From Marsupella aquatica (lineage: Eukaryota; Plantae; Marchantiophyta), in assembly GCA_973895155.1 (NCBI GenBank), contig OZ316897.1, positions 1,861,212 to 1,925,211 on the forward strand: 64,000 bases of DNA. Reading direction: 5' to 3'. Every line of letters starts with the position of its first letter. Position 1 is the stretch's first letter. Under the pieces are notes generated by a model, which worked only from the letters and a program-made list of their open reading frames with translations, searched no databases and was not told where the DNA came from. Positions 10,711 to 22,641 of the stretch are shown here, piece by piece. The position numbers were made by a program, and so were the translations under genes.

Positions 10711-13700
10711 GTCAGCATGATGACGGGAGAACCCGAGGACTTTCAAGAAGGTGATCCGCGCGATATGTTAAATGTACACTACCGAATGCATCTTTGCAAT
10801 TAGTAATGGGTCCGACATTCTCTCGGAAAGATATAGGAAGTCCTACCAAGATTGGTTCGGGCCCTATGCTTTTATGGATGTCACAGATGGGATCGAGGAA
10901 AGAGAGGAGAAAGACACCAGCTGGAGAAATCCAGTGGAAGCTGAAGTTGTGGAGCACCTGATTACTAAGATTCGAGGAGGTGATTGCCCCCTTAACTGCG
11001 CTCTGGCTCAAATTGTTTTTTAATACATAAAAGACTTCTCGCACTTCCATTTTCATGTTTCAGAGCGGTACGATTCCCTTCACGAAACCAAGACAGAGTT
11101 CCTATCTAGGGATGTTCTACTTGCTGATTCTGAAGGGTATAGTAACAATACGATTTTGCCCTGTCGTGCCTCTATTCAAGTCGATGTGAAACCAGTGGAC
11201 CGCTTCCAGGGAGGAGAAAAGGATGTGATTCTGTTTTCATGATTCTGTTTGCAGCTGTGCGGTCTAATGCCGGGGGGCATTGACGAGTGGAAGCTGTTTT
11301 TCTCTTACCTCGCTCACATTTAGATTTAATATCCTTATTGTCAAACAATCCCCAATTAAGATTCACTTCCGCTGACTTTGCTCGACTCGCTTAGAACTTT
11401 CTCATAACTTCCTGGCCAATCTCCATGCTCTGCATCGAACCACAATTCTATGGTATCCCAGACTGTATAGTAATTAGAGGTCGAAGTACGCAACCCATTT
11501 ATTTCACTGAGACACAGTAAGCATAGTTAAGGCATTGGAGTGGTTGGGATACATGTACACCATATATGCTAGCGTACGTATGTTGGGTAATGGGTGAATT
11601 ACTCGCTTGACAGGTATTGTGTGTGGATCATTGGTAATAAAAAAAGCTTAGCTGCTCACGATGAAATGGAGAGCAATTGTGGTGGATGCAAAGAACAGGA
11701 ACTGCTACCGGAGTGCTGGGGATGACCAGGGCCTGAAGAAGACAATTATTCGAGTGAAGACGGAACTTGAGCTGTTTGCGAGTCTGCTGCACCATGACAA
11801 CTCTTGTCCAAGATACCACTTGAAGGTTTGGCGCCATCCTATCCTGATTAATTTTTCCGTGGACGAGAAGATATGTCAACCATGTTTATTGAATCAGAGT
11901 ACAAATTCTCCCGTGTCTCGATTCTTTTTACCGCTCTTCCTTCTTCAGGACTTCCTTGTACTGGAGCAATACAACTCTATTTCGTCCTTTGAGCGTCCAA
12001 GGATGATTAGTTTGTCCTATTAGAGGGCTATGTACACGAAGGCAGCAGTGCCTTACGTGAACAAAAATTTGGAAGAGGTATGGATGAAACTCCTTGACTA
12101 TCTGATCGTCGATCCGGTGGCCCGTTCTAGACTTCACACTAGAGAGCTTCAAATACCTTCTTCATTCTCGTAGTGAATGACTGTTCAAGTTTCACAAATT
12201 CTGCTCATCATCCAACAAACTGCACGTAGACCTGACGGCAACTACTACTACGACCGAAAAGGACTAATGGAGCAACTGAAGACGATGACACTGACAGGTG
12301 GTCAAGAGAAGACCTTTCAATAAGACGGATTGACAGAATGCACCTGATTATTGCACCTCTGGCGCCATACTCTTCATGGATCATTCCTCTGGAGGTTCTT
12401 TGAAGTTATTGGCCGGAAAAAGGTTTACCTTTGCGTTGTTGCAAGATCGGGACACGCCTTCTCTAGGCTCTCCCAAACCCGTTGCAGAGACTCTTTCAAG
12501 GAAGAATCTCCTTGTCTTTGTCGTCCAGCAATTGCTTGAGACTGGACCCTTCGCCAATTTCTGTAGTCATACGCAGTTTGCAGTTCGGAGATCTGCTATT
12601 GATATTCGAGAACTTCAAGAAGTTTTTCTTCAATGTGGCTTTTTGCTGAAGAGACGAAAGGTGACACCACCATTGCTGAGATTTCTCTCTCCGGAAAAGA
12701 GAGTTCCGAGTAAGCCAATAATGTGAGTCCACGAAATCCAACTCCTTTACAAAACTACCCGCAGTACATAAAAAACTTTGGTAATTAATAGACGAACCTG
12801 CTGAGTAGTTGCCCAGCTATGAGTGAACGTGTCGAGAAATTGAGTGAGTATTAAAGGCCTGAAGCAAACGGACCATTTGTAATGGAGTTTCGAGCACGGT
12901 AATCTGTGGACAGCAATCTCATATATGACCGCACATTGTATTCTCAGAAATGAGTGCACAAGACATTGCTGAGCTCAGCTGAGACTCGCTGCAGTCTTTG
13001 AGGTTTTGAAAGGACTACCGTCATAGGGAAATAGTTGCTCTACAACTTAGAATGTCAGCACTAAGCTATTGGAATGATCAAACAACTACTAGACTGATAT
13101 TTAAGTGTGCCGCTACCGTAGTCACTGCAGTGGATTTTGATCCACAGTCGATCCAGATACAACAATTCCTAATGGAGGGCTGAAATAACTTCTGTCGAGA
13201 ATTCTTTTAGGTTCACTCAAAGGGATTGGAACGTCACCATTGACGATTGTGTACAAGCGACATATTAATCTGTGTCTGCCGCAGGATTATATGTGAAATG
13301 TTAGAGGACGAACACACTATTTGATGCATGTTAGAACATGCCCACCATCAAGTCTAGAAAGCACAATGCAAACGTCGTCTCCTCACAATTTCGAAGTGGC
13401 CAAAGAGTTAATTACATTCACATAGCAATGCCGTCTGGATTTCTCAGCGGAGAGTTCACCAACCAAAATAGAGACGCACCAACCATTTCAAGTGGTGTGG
13501 ACTAGAGCCAGAACCATGATGGTCTTTGGAGAGGGATCGAGCCTTCTTCGTCCCTGAATTCATCTCAGGTCTCAACCTCAAAGGTTCACCAATGAAATTT
13601 GGAGTAACATGGACTGACGTAACAACCAGAAAATAATGTCCTGTGTGGGATCAGTGTCAATCACTCGTTCGACCACCGTCCACTAGATTTGACTCCAGCG

Positions 13701-14318
13701 TGAGCTCGGCTGCGGCAACAGTCATTTTAGATCATGTGAAATGACGGGATTTGTTCGAAACTAAACTGCATCAAAGCAGAGTGACCTTCGTCACAACGGA
13801 TCAGTCTTCAATACTAAATCAATTGGTTTAGGAGCTCAAAACATCACAGGAGGCAAAACACAATGAAAATGAGACAATCATTAGTTAGCACTACTATGTA
13901 CACAATGACCTTCTTCAGAACGGATCAGTCTCAGTCTTCAATGTCCAATGTTCAATCAATTGAGACTTCTTTCTGGGTTTTCAAAAACAATCCCGAAATG
14001 CAGGAACATGCGGGAAAACAATGCTGTATTATGGTCCCGTCAATAAATTACAACACTCTATGAGATGGCTGCGGTCGTGGAATTTACACCCACGAGCAAC
14101 CGACCCCTCAAAAGTATCAATGGCATTGACCATGAGTTTTGACACAACTACCACTCCTAAAGTGCAACGCACTACTACAGTAGCTTAATGCCCCTAAATA
14201 ATTGATGGGAACCCCATCCATGATACGTTTTAGCCCCCTTGCTAGAGTCACCCTCTAGATGCTTCACTCTAGAAGATAGCCCTTATTCTAGTTTCTCTTA
14301 GTGTGCATTGTTTGGTTT

Positions 14319-14497
14319 ACATGTACTAGCCTGATTACCCTATTCCTTGAACAAAAATAGGGGTGACGGCAAAAAATGACATTCCAAAAGTTTCTCTTTG
14401 CATTGTTTGATTACATATATGTACTAGCCGCCTGATTACCCAATTCCTTGAACAAAAATAAATAGGGGTGACGGCAAAACATGACAGTCCAAAAAAA
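14319..14497. repeat. ~75-bp direct repeat pair
   Basis: atgtactagcc..tgattaccc.attccttgaacaaaaata..ggggtgacggcaaaa.atgaca.tccaaaa occurs at ~14321 and ~14419. Confidence 0.85.
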
Positions 14498-17280
14498 AGA
14501 TTCCTTACTAGTTTCCATTCATCTTTGCCCCCGTCAAGTTTTCTCTTGTCGCCCTCACTTTCAGTTATGTCCTTAGTCACACTCTACCCCTATCCCTGTT
14601 TTTTGTGTGCAATCTCACTCTCAATTAAGTCCTGAGAGTCAGAGTCTAGAGTGAAGCAGTAAGCCAGGCAGTAGCTTTTGATTGCAATTATGTAAGTGTA
14701 GATGTTAGTACTAGCAAGAGATGTACTAGCCAGATTTTGCCCAAGCTTTGCTCAAGGTTGTTTCTGCACCTGTTATCTCACCCTAGAACTTGCCTGCATG
14801 CAAGAGTCAGGGTGTAGATTGTGATTTGTTAGTTAGATGCATGACTACCGTTTACACCATTGCTTAAAGTGACCTTACAAGAAGTAGGGGCACTTGAATG
14901 TGACCTTTATCACCAAACCAAAACCAGACCAAAAATCTTTTGCAACTAACTTCAATAAATGCAAATCCCTTGAATGAAAGAGAAGGTTTGGATCCAACTT
15001 TATTCTTAAGGTATTCTTTTTTTCCTGGTGTGGCAAATGTCACCTAGTTTGAAGGAGAAGATGCTAAGGATATTCTTCATCTAGTTTTCCTAGATTTACA
15101 TCTGACCATCAGAACTCCTCTGTGTAAGGATTATTGTTAGATTGGCTACTGGGTCTGTGGCTAGGTGGGAAACTGGCTAATGGAAGGCAGAGAACCCCCC
15201 AGTCAGAGAACCTTAGGACTTTTTGCCAGAGTGGCAAAGACATTTTAGAGAGATGGAATCTAACAAAGTTTTGCAACTGGAAAAAGCCTTTGTTTGAATC
15301 GATCACTTCTAGAGGTGTTTTAAAATCCTAGAGAATATAAGCACTCTACATCAACATTTCCACTCCTTGCCATGTACTTAGTATCATTAGACATCATACC
15401 TGAATTGGCCCCCAACTTCTTGGAAAGCCAAGTGCAAATGCTAGGGTCCAGATTTAATTTCAAAGAGAAAAAACAGAAGCACGCCCCCCCCCCCCCCCCC
15501 CCCCATGTCTCATAAAGCCACCCTTGGTGCGACAATGGAAATGACCTGCCTGCCCTTGTGGTACCTGAGCTTCACCAGGAATTAATTTACTGCAGGGTAA
15601 TTAGGCCATGTAAGTAAGCTAGGTGAAAAGTACTCTATTGTAATTTTAAGATTATGATCACATTTATTTATGTTATACTAGTTCATGACCCGTGCCTTCA
15701 TGATCTCATATACTGCTCAAATGAACCGAACATGGATTATTGGCAAATATTAGCTGAGTACAAATCAGATGCTAAAATTATTCAAGCATTGCCCTGTGCT
15801 AAAACTACCGTAGCATGAACCCCCTACTAAAACTACCTGACAGTTGGTAGTCAAGCATACAGTATGAGTTCTAATTCCAAATTCCAAATGGAACTGTAAA
15901 CGTACACTAAACTCCAATCCTTTCCATTTTGCATTTCATTATTTATGTCCTACTTGATCATCTCCAAAATCATGGCCTAACTTTGAACCCAGCCCAATTG
16001 TCCCTATATATATAGGAGTGCCATTGCAAGTTCCTTTCTCTCCATCCCTTAATTTCAGCATCTTACAATGGTAATTAACGTGGAAGCTTAAGTCTGGATG
16101 ACCCTCAATCCACTTCCAATGGCTCCCTCGTCTATAATTGGTGATCTCTCTGGTGTGTAAAATATGGTTCAAAATTTTTTCAAGAGCTTTCTAATGAACC
16201 TAACATTATCACATACCATCAAATATCAAAGAGATGACAAATTTCTGAATATACCTTTCAATGAAAATCAAGCTATGGCATATATTGGTCAAAAAATATT
16301 TAATATCAAAAAATGACTTCAAATTTCTTGGGCTATGTTTCAGAATTATCTGCTCCCAGGTTTGGGAGACCAGTTGGCCAGAAAGTGAAGGATGCTATAC
16401 ATACTAATTTTACTTACTCCTAATTACTTCTAATTACTCGCGATTACTTCTATATACTTACTCCACTATTACTTCTATATACTTTAATTCAGATTCACCC
16501 TGGCAAAATTCATCTTGGCTTATGACACAATTGAGTTGTACATAAATGGAGAGGATGATAGACAAGGCACCAATCATAGGCTAGAAATGAGGAAACTTAA
16601 ATATGCAGAGAAATTGCATAACCCAGAAAATGCCAAGTGAGTTATAATTTCCTTTTTGTTGCTGGATGAGCTGGTCTCTACTCCTCCCAAGCTAGGTTTG
16701 TCTCGTTCAAACTCTGGGTGAATTCACTAGGGGAAATCATCTATTGGGAGACCTAAATGCAGTTTTACCAACACCCAATAGTTGATGACAATGTCACCCT
16801 CAATAACCAGGAACTATATAGTCCAGGTCGCTCCGAATTAAAAAAAAATTAATTCAAATCAGAGGAATCCCCTAACTTAGGCCATCTAACGTTGTAGGCC
16901 TCAGCCTATTCCATATACCAGGGGGGGAACACCCAATGACATATATTTATGCTTTATCTCACTTTCCACACTTCAATCACCCAACTCAGGCAAAAACACA
17001 TGCTTATCTTAATCCTACCTATCCCATCCCCATCCCCATGCACCTGCCTACCCCTACCCCTACCCCTCTCTTCATCTTTCTCTTTGGTGGGTGATAAGGT
17101 GCAAAACGCAGACATTGGCGTGGTCTAAACTTAGGTGGCTCCCTATGACATGAGGGCACCCACCCCACTTCCTCAAGGCACCAAAAAAAACCAAAAAAAA
17201 AACCTGTCTACACACCAGAAATAAACCCAAACAGACATTTATTTATGGATGCCAAACCAAACTAAGTTTTCTCCCCAACC

Positions 17281-17690
17281 AACCCCATGAAATTTTGGGT
17301 ATGTTCATTTAGGGTCTTATCAACCATCTGGATCAATCATGGGTCCACCAAGTAGCAACCCATTTAAGGTCTATTCAACACTCTGGATCAATCATGGGGT
17401 CCACCAAGTAGCAACCCCACGAGATTTGGTTACGTTAATTTAAGGTCTATCAACAGTCTAGATCAATCATGGGGTATGTAGATTTAAGGGCTATCAAGAG
17501 TCTAGATCAATCATGGGTTCACCAAGTAAGAACCCCAAGACATTTTGGAGGAGCCCCTTTAAGGTCTATCGACAGTGTGGAGTGTGGACCACTCATGGGG
17601 TCCACCAAGTAGCAACCCATGAGATTTTGGATACGCTAATTGAAGAAGGTCTATCAACGGTCCCGATCACTCATGGATTACACCAAGTAA
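17281..17690. repeat. Degenerate minisatellite, ~6 units of 45-85 bp
   Basis: The core ttaaggtctatcaacagtctggatcaatcatggggtccaccaagtagcaaccc recurs at ~17309, 17364, 17440, 17484, 17559 and 17645. Confidence 0.9.
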
Positions 17691-19444
17691 CACTTTTCAT
17701 TCTCGGTCCATCAAGTAAAAAGTATCTAAAACAAAGACTCTCAAACCTTTGGGTCTAGTCTAAAATAAAGACTCTCAAACCTTCGAAAATAAAGTCTCTC
17801 AATTTTCAAACCTTTGGGTCAACCTTCGTGCAACGGGTCAACAATAGCAATGTCGTCTTTGATTTTACAATAAACCTCTCGTCATGAGTGTGGGTTGGTC
17901 TGAATCCCTCCCGATTTGTCGGGAAACACCGCTCTAATAATTAGCAGCAGCTGCTCATGCATGACAATTGCATGATTGCTCGTGATCTGGCTCCAAACCG
18001 ATCGGTGCCTCTGATGCACAAAGGTACTGTAGTGTACTACAGATGAATCCGATGAATCCAATCTATGTGTCAGCCCAAATGCGAGTGGGTACTCCACCGC
18101 CTGTCAGAGTTGAGTTGAATCGAATTGAATTTTCAGTTCAATTTCAGTTCTCAATTCAGTTCAGCAGTGCAGCTGTGCAGGTGTACTGACCACTGAATTG
18201 AAGATCCCACCAGAACATTAGTACCAGAACTCCACGACAGTGACAGAGGTGCGTGATTGATTCAGTGTCCTCCACCGCCAGCACCAGGCAGCATCATTGT
18301 CCTCCGACTCACCTCGGTCCACATTCTGCTTTCCTGCTCTCACTGTTGCAGCTCTGTTTCTCTCGATTTGCGTCTATGGAGGAGTTTCCCATGAGAGCAG
18401 TCAGCTTGGAGGGAGATGTCAAGGAGCAGAATTGAGTCCTCTGCTCTCAAGGCTCTCAATTCGGGACTCTCTCTCTCTCTTCGCCCTTCTTCGCTCAATT
18501 TCGCACCGCTTGATGAGTGAGTTGTCGTGCTTCACTTGGTGCTGTTGTTGCTTCGCCTGCTGTTGGAGCAGCTGTTCGGGGAGGCCAAGGGAGGACGTGA
18601 GTGGCGGAAGTGGGACGGAGTGAGTGCTTGAAGTGGTGTGTCAGCCAAGCGAAGCCAAGCTAGTTGCTGTGCATTCTTTTCTAGCTTCTTCCTCGTTTCC
18701 CAGCTCGAGTGAGTGATCAACCACCACTCTCTCGACAGGTACGTTTTCACCCAAATTTAGTTATTCTAAGTGAGTCGGTCGGTCGTTTCCTCCTTGGTCC
18801 GCTTAACAAAGTTTGGACTTGCTCTCACTGAGACCCATACTGCCGACACGCTCACTCTCAGGAGTGGTTCTCTCGCTCTGTGCCTGTATGTGCTTTGCAT
18901 TGAAACTAGTCAGGTGTATTGTTAGAAACTCGAGTTGGCTATTTTAGTGAACCTGGCTATTTCAGTGAACCGTTTTCTGAGAGCTTGTCACGTTTGGTAC
19001 TTCAAATTCCCGGAGATGGCCATCGTTCACTGGACAAGATGTTTCGAATTGTGTTTCTCTTTTACTTGACAGTCAATCGAGAGGAAGCATGGGTTTCCCC
19101 GTTGTCCATCTCTCTGCTGTAGTTCTTCCTCCATTGATTATAAACACCTGTATAGTCAAGTAACTAGCGTCCTGTGCATTCATTCCGATCTACGGTTGTT
19201 GCTCGGAAAGCGATTCAAAGTTTCCTATCGTACGCCACTAATTTGAACCGGATCTGTTCTTCACCCTTGAGTGTATCTGTTCTGCCACAGAGTGATGGCT
19301 CGAATCGTGCCAAAGCGTTTACGCTTGCCATTGTGCGTTAGTGTGCTCATTTTGTTCATATTCATGAGTGTGCTGATGATTTTGCTCATCGCTATTGAGC
19401 AGCGTTTTGGCTTGTCACCGAAAGACATTAGCGCCTAAGCCAGC

Positions 19445-22400
19445 ATGGCTCCTAGCGTGGACGCACGGAAGGAATCCAAGAGTGTTGGAAGAGTACTTGC
19501 GTCCACAGAAGCGAATTGGGCAAGGGCCACGGCCACCGGGACAGGAGTGCAGGTTATAGGCCTGGCTTTGAAGAAAAATGTGGAGTTGGAACTGATTTCC
19601 CAGGCTGCTCGAGAGCTGGTGGGTAATTACGCTGTCCTCAGGTCTCAGATTGTCGAGACCTCCAAAGGCAAGCTTGTGCTCACTCCTCCACAGAGACTCA
19701 GCTCCCCTTGTGTTGAAGAAATCCCATGGCCTCCGCTGGAAAGGAAAAGTATCATCGGTGGTATGTTAGTGCTTCCAGGAGACGAAAGCGAGGATCATAG
19801 GCTCAGCTTGGCGCTGGACAGTGTTGTGAAGCAAGAACTCAACACCCCATTCCGCAATGCATCCCAGAAGATCAGTGGTCCAGTGGATGTCTTCAGAATT
19901 CTTGTCTACACTGGACATCAATCGCCAAGTTTAGGAACTCTCATAGTTCTCAAGTTCAACAGCGGTGCCTTGGACAGGCCTTCTGCTACCAACATTACGC
20001 AGAGCTTCTTGACAGCCTTGAATGCCGTCGTTGATGGGAAGGTTCCGCAGCTGCCAGCTGCCCCCGGTAAGAACGAGCTCCTTCCAGCCTTGGAGGACTT
20101 GATTCCAAAGGGGAAAGCTATAAAGGGTCTGATTCAGAAGGGGATCGATACAATTACGTATGCAATGTCAGCCAACAAATTTTCGCTCTTGCCATTCAGC
20201 TCCTCATATGTTGAATCAAAACACCAAGTCTTTCGCACTGACATCTTGAGCTACACCCTCGGAAAAGAAGGTTTGTGGCACAACTTGATCTCAATTCTTC
20301 GAACTCGCTTCAATCTCAGTCCTTTGCAGTTCCGTTTGATTGAACACTACTGCATATTTTGAACGCAAGCGGTGGTGCCCCAGAGCGGACAGACGTTTCC
20401 TCTCTTCGTGGAAGTTGAGAGAAAGAGAGAACAAATCTCCTTTATCATTCTACACTTTCCCCAGTCTCAACAGATGGGCACTAAGGGTGTAGCTGCTGAT
20501 AAAGAATGTGAATTTTGTGCTGAAAAAGGATGTTCACAAAGCTACTATACTACTTGGAAGCTGGCCTTGGAACTGAAGAGGAAGATCCTCAAAGCTACAG
20601 CACAGTTTAGAAGTTGACTTCGCAGCTGAAGAACAATATTCACAAATGTTCGGAACTAGTTAGAAGTGTATCATAGAGCAATATTCATCAAATCTATATT
20701 AGAAGTGGATTGTCGCTCAAGCGAATTTGGACTTCAGCAAGGCCACAGCATCAATCCGTTGGCTTTCCTTGAGGGTCACTAGGAAGAGGAAGTGTAATGG
20801 ACTTAAGACCGGCCATCCTCTATCTCGTCCATCCAATTATATCGATTGCATTACAAAGACAGAATACAATGATACTTTCCATATAAGCCAACGGGGCTTG
20901 AAAAGTCAGAAAGATCTGCCCACCTTTTCCTCCGCACACAGAAAAAATAGTAATTGCGAAGCATTTGTGTTTAGGGTCCGTTACCGAGTTCATTCTAATT
21001 CAAGGTTGAATCTGTGACAGAGTCTAGTCTGTTACGATGATTGTGCATATAGTCTCTGATGGGTGGTTTGGCCATGAGATGGCTGGAATACGATTTGGTA
21101 ACAACCCATAATTGGAAAACATTGGACTGTTCTCTGTAGCTAGGTTGCTGGCCTATGAACTCAAAAACTGCTGTGTCTTCTCTTTATATATCAGGAACTT
21201 CTGCGTTGATGGCGCGCAGCAAGCAGGAGAAAACAACATATGGAGCAGCTCTAACTGCTGCTTTTCTCAAGGGAGTTGCCAACTTGAAAGAGCTCAAGGA
21301 CAAAAAGCTTGATAAGTTTAGCTTCACAAGGTACATTCCTTCCCCTCGCTTATATTCTTTGGGTTATCCATTGGCTAGGTGACGGTTTCTGGCATCATTG
21401 GAATAACTTGTAATTAATGGTACTGGCTAAGAATTTCCGGATCTTAGAGGCACCCACTCTCAAACTCAGACTCTTGGCTGGACGTCTAACTAATTCTCTC
21501 GCTTAGAATTTGTGATGGACTCGGTTCTTGCAGTTTTAGAATCTAGTCGGGGCTCATGCCTCATGTCCAAGGGATGCTCAGTGGATTATCTCTTCCCCGA
21601 GGGACCTTCAGAAGTAGAAGGCAGATTTAACAAGTCAGTCTTTGAGTTCAAAAGCATTTATTGGTGTGTATTTCTGATTTGTTCTCCGTTTAAATACTAA
21701 CTCCTCAAGTTGGGGTCCTGCATGAGCAGCTTGATAGACTGCCGGCCTCACTTTCGGCCGACAATTTCACCTCAGGGCCTTGGAGCCTACACGGCTGGAA
21801 TATCTCAAGACGAACATGTAAAAAGTGACATAGGTTTCTGGGACCTTGCACGCAGTGTTTCGGCTTCAACTGAAAGGGAGATGGAAAAAATGATACATTT
21901 CTCTGAGCTTCCTGTACTCAATATGATCTTCTCACAGGTGATTCTTTGTTAGTCTCAAAATTTTGTTGATTTTCGCATAGTCACAACCGAACACTCTTTA
22001 AATGGTTTTACCTCTGCATTTCATGCAAAAAATCCAGGTTCAACTTTATTTTAAAGCCATAGGAAACCTGTAAAACTTATAAAGTAAATGTAAATGTAAT
22101 GTGATTCTGTGAAACAAATTGTAACGCTGTAAATGACATGTATATACGAAACGTTCTAGAAACATATGTAACATCTCAAGTCCTCAATTTCTTTCATTAC
22201 CTCTCACTATCTTGCCGGGTTCAATCTGCATACAGTACAGTACTCCAATGAAACATATGTTGAAACGTGCTTCCTGAGAAAATCAGTCCATGCAACTCTA
22301 AAAATGTTCGTTGTTTCTGTGTGCATGTGGAGTAGATCCTGAAGAGACCAAGCTTAACACAGAAGTCTTCCCTCCGAACAGCTTTATTCTCCTTGTTTGT

Positions 22401-22641
22401 GGACCGACCCATGAATGCCCAATGGCAGGATGTGGATAAATTAGAGCTAGCAGGCACGTTTGGGCCCTATGCTTCCCTGCATGGCATTGCACCGTGCTTT
22501 TGTTTGGCAGAAGCTCTGATCCCCGGACCGGAGTTGAATCTGTCACTCGTGTATCCGGTCCCTGTTTATGACGAGGAGCAAATGGAAGCTCTCGCCAAAA
22601 CTAGTTTGGGGGTGTTGACTATAGCTATCAAGGAGCTCTAG
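19445..22641 (+). CDS. Uncharacterised plant protein of the condensation / CoA-dependent (alcohol acetyltransferase-like) acyltransferase fold
   Basis: Exons 19445-20270, 21195-21330, 21730-21937 and 22336-22641 (TAG) have compatible phases. The N-terminal RVLASTEANWARATATGTG, LIDCR, FWDLARS and C-terminal LSLVYPVPVY..EQM resemble the conserved land-plant family (recalled similarity to Arabidopsis At3g52610-type proteins). Confidence 0.8.

Larger units (their letters stand above)
9163..12080 (+). pseudogene. UPF1/SEN1 (DNA2/NAM7, SF1B; AAA_12) helicase pseudogene, C-terminal half
   Basis: Motifs occur in order across exon remnants: IAEDSGYGISLLERL (9163-), MLNVHYRMH (~10764), FGPYAFMDVTDGIE..SWRNPVEAEVV (~10855-10950), VDRFQGGEKDVIL..AVRSN (~11195-11270) and YCVWIIGN..KWRAIVVDAKNRNCY (~11615-11708). 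Frameshifts, stops and a TE insertion are present, and no Walker A/B was seen. Confidence 0.85.

Noticed and set aside
17281-17690. CRISPR-like repeat/spacer pattern
   Set aside because: The repeats are degenerate, the linkers vary in length and resemble each other, there are no cas genes, and the context is eukaryotic.
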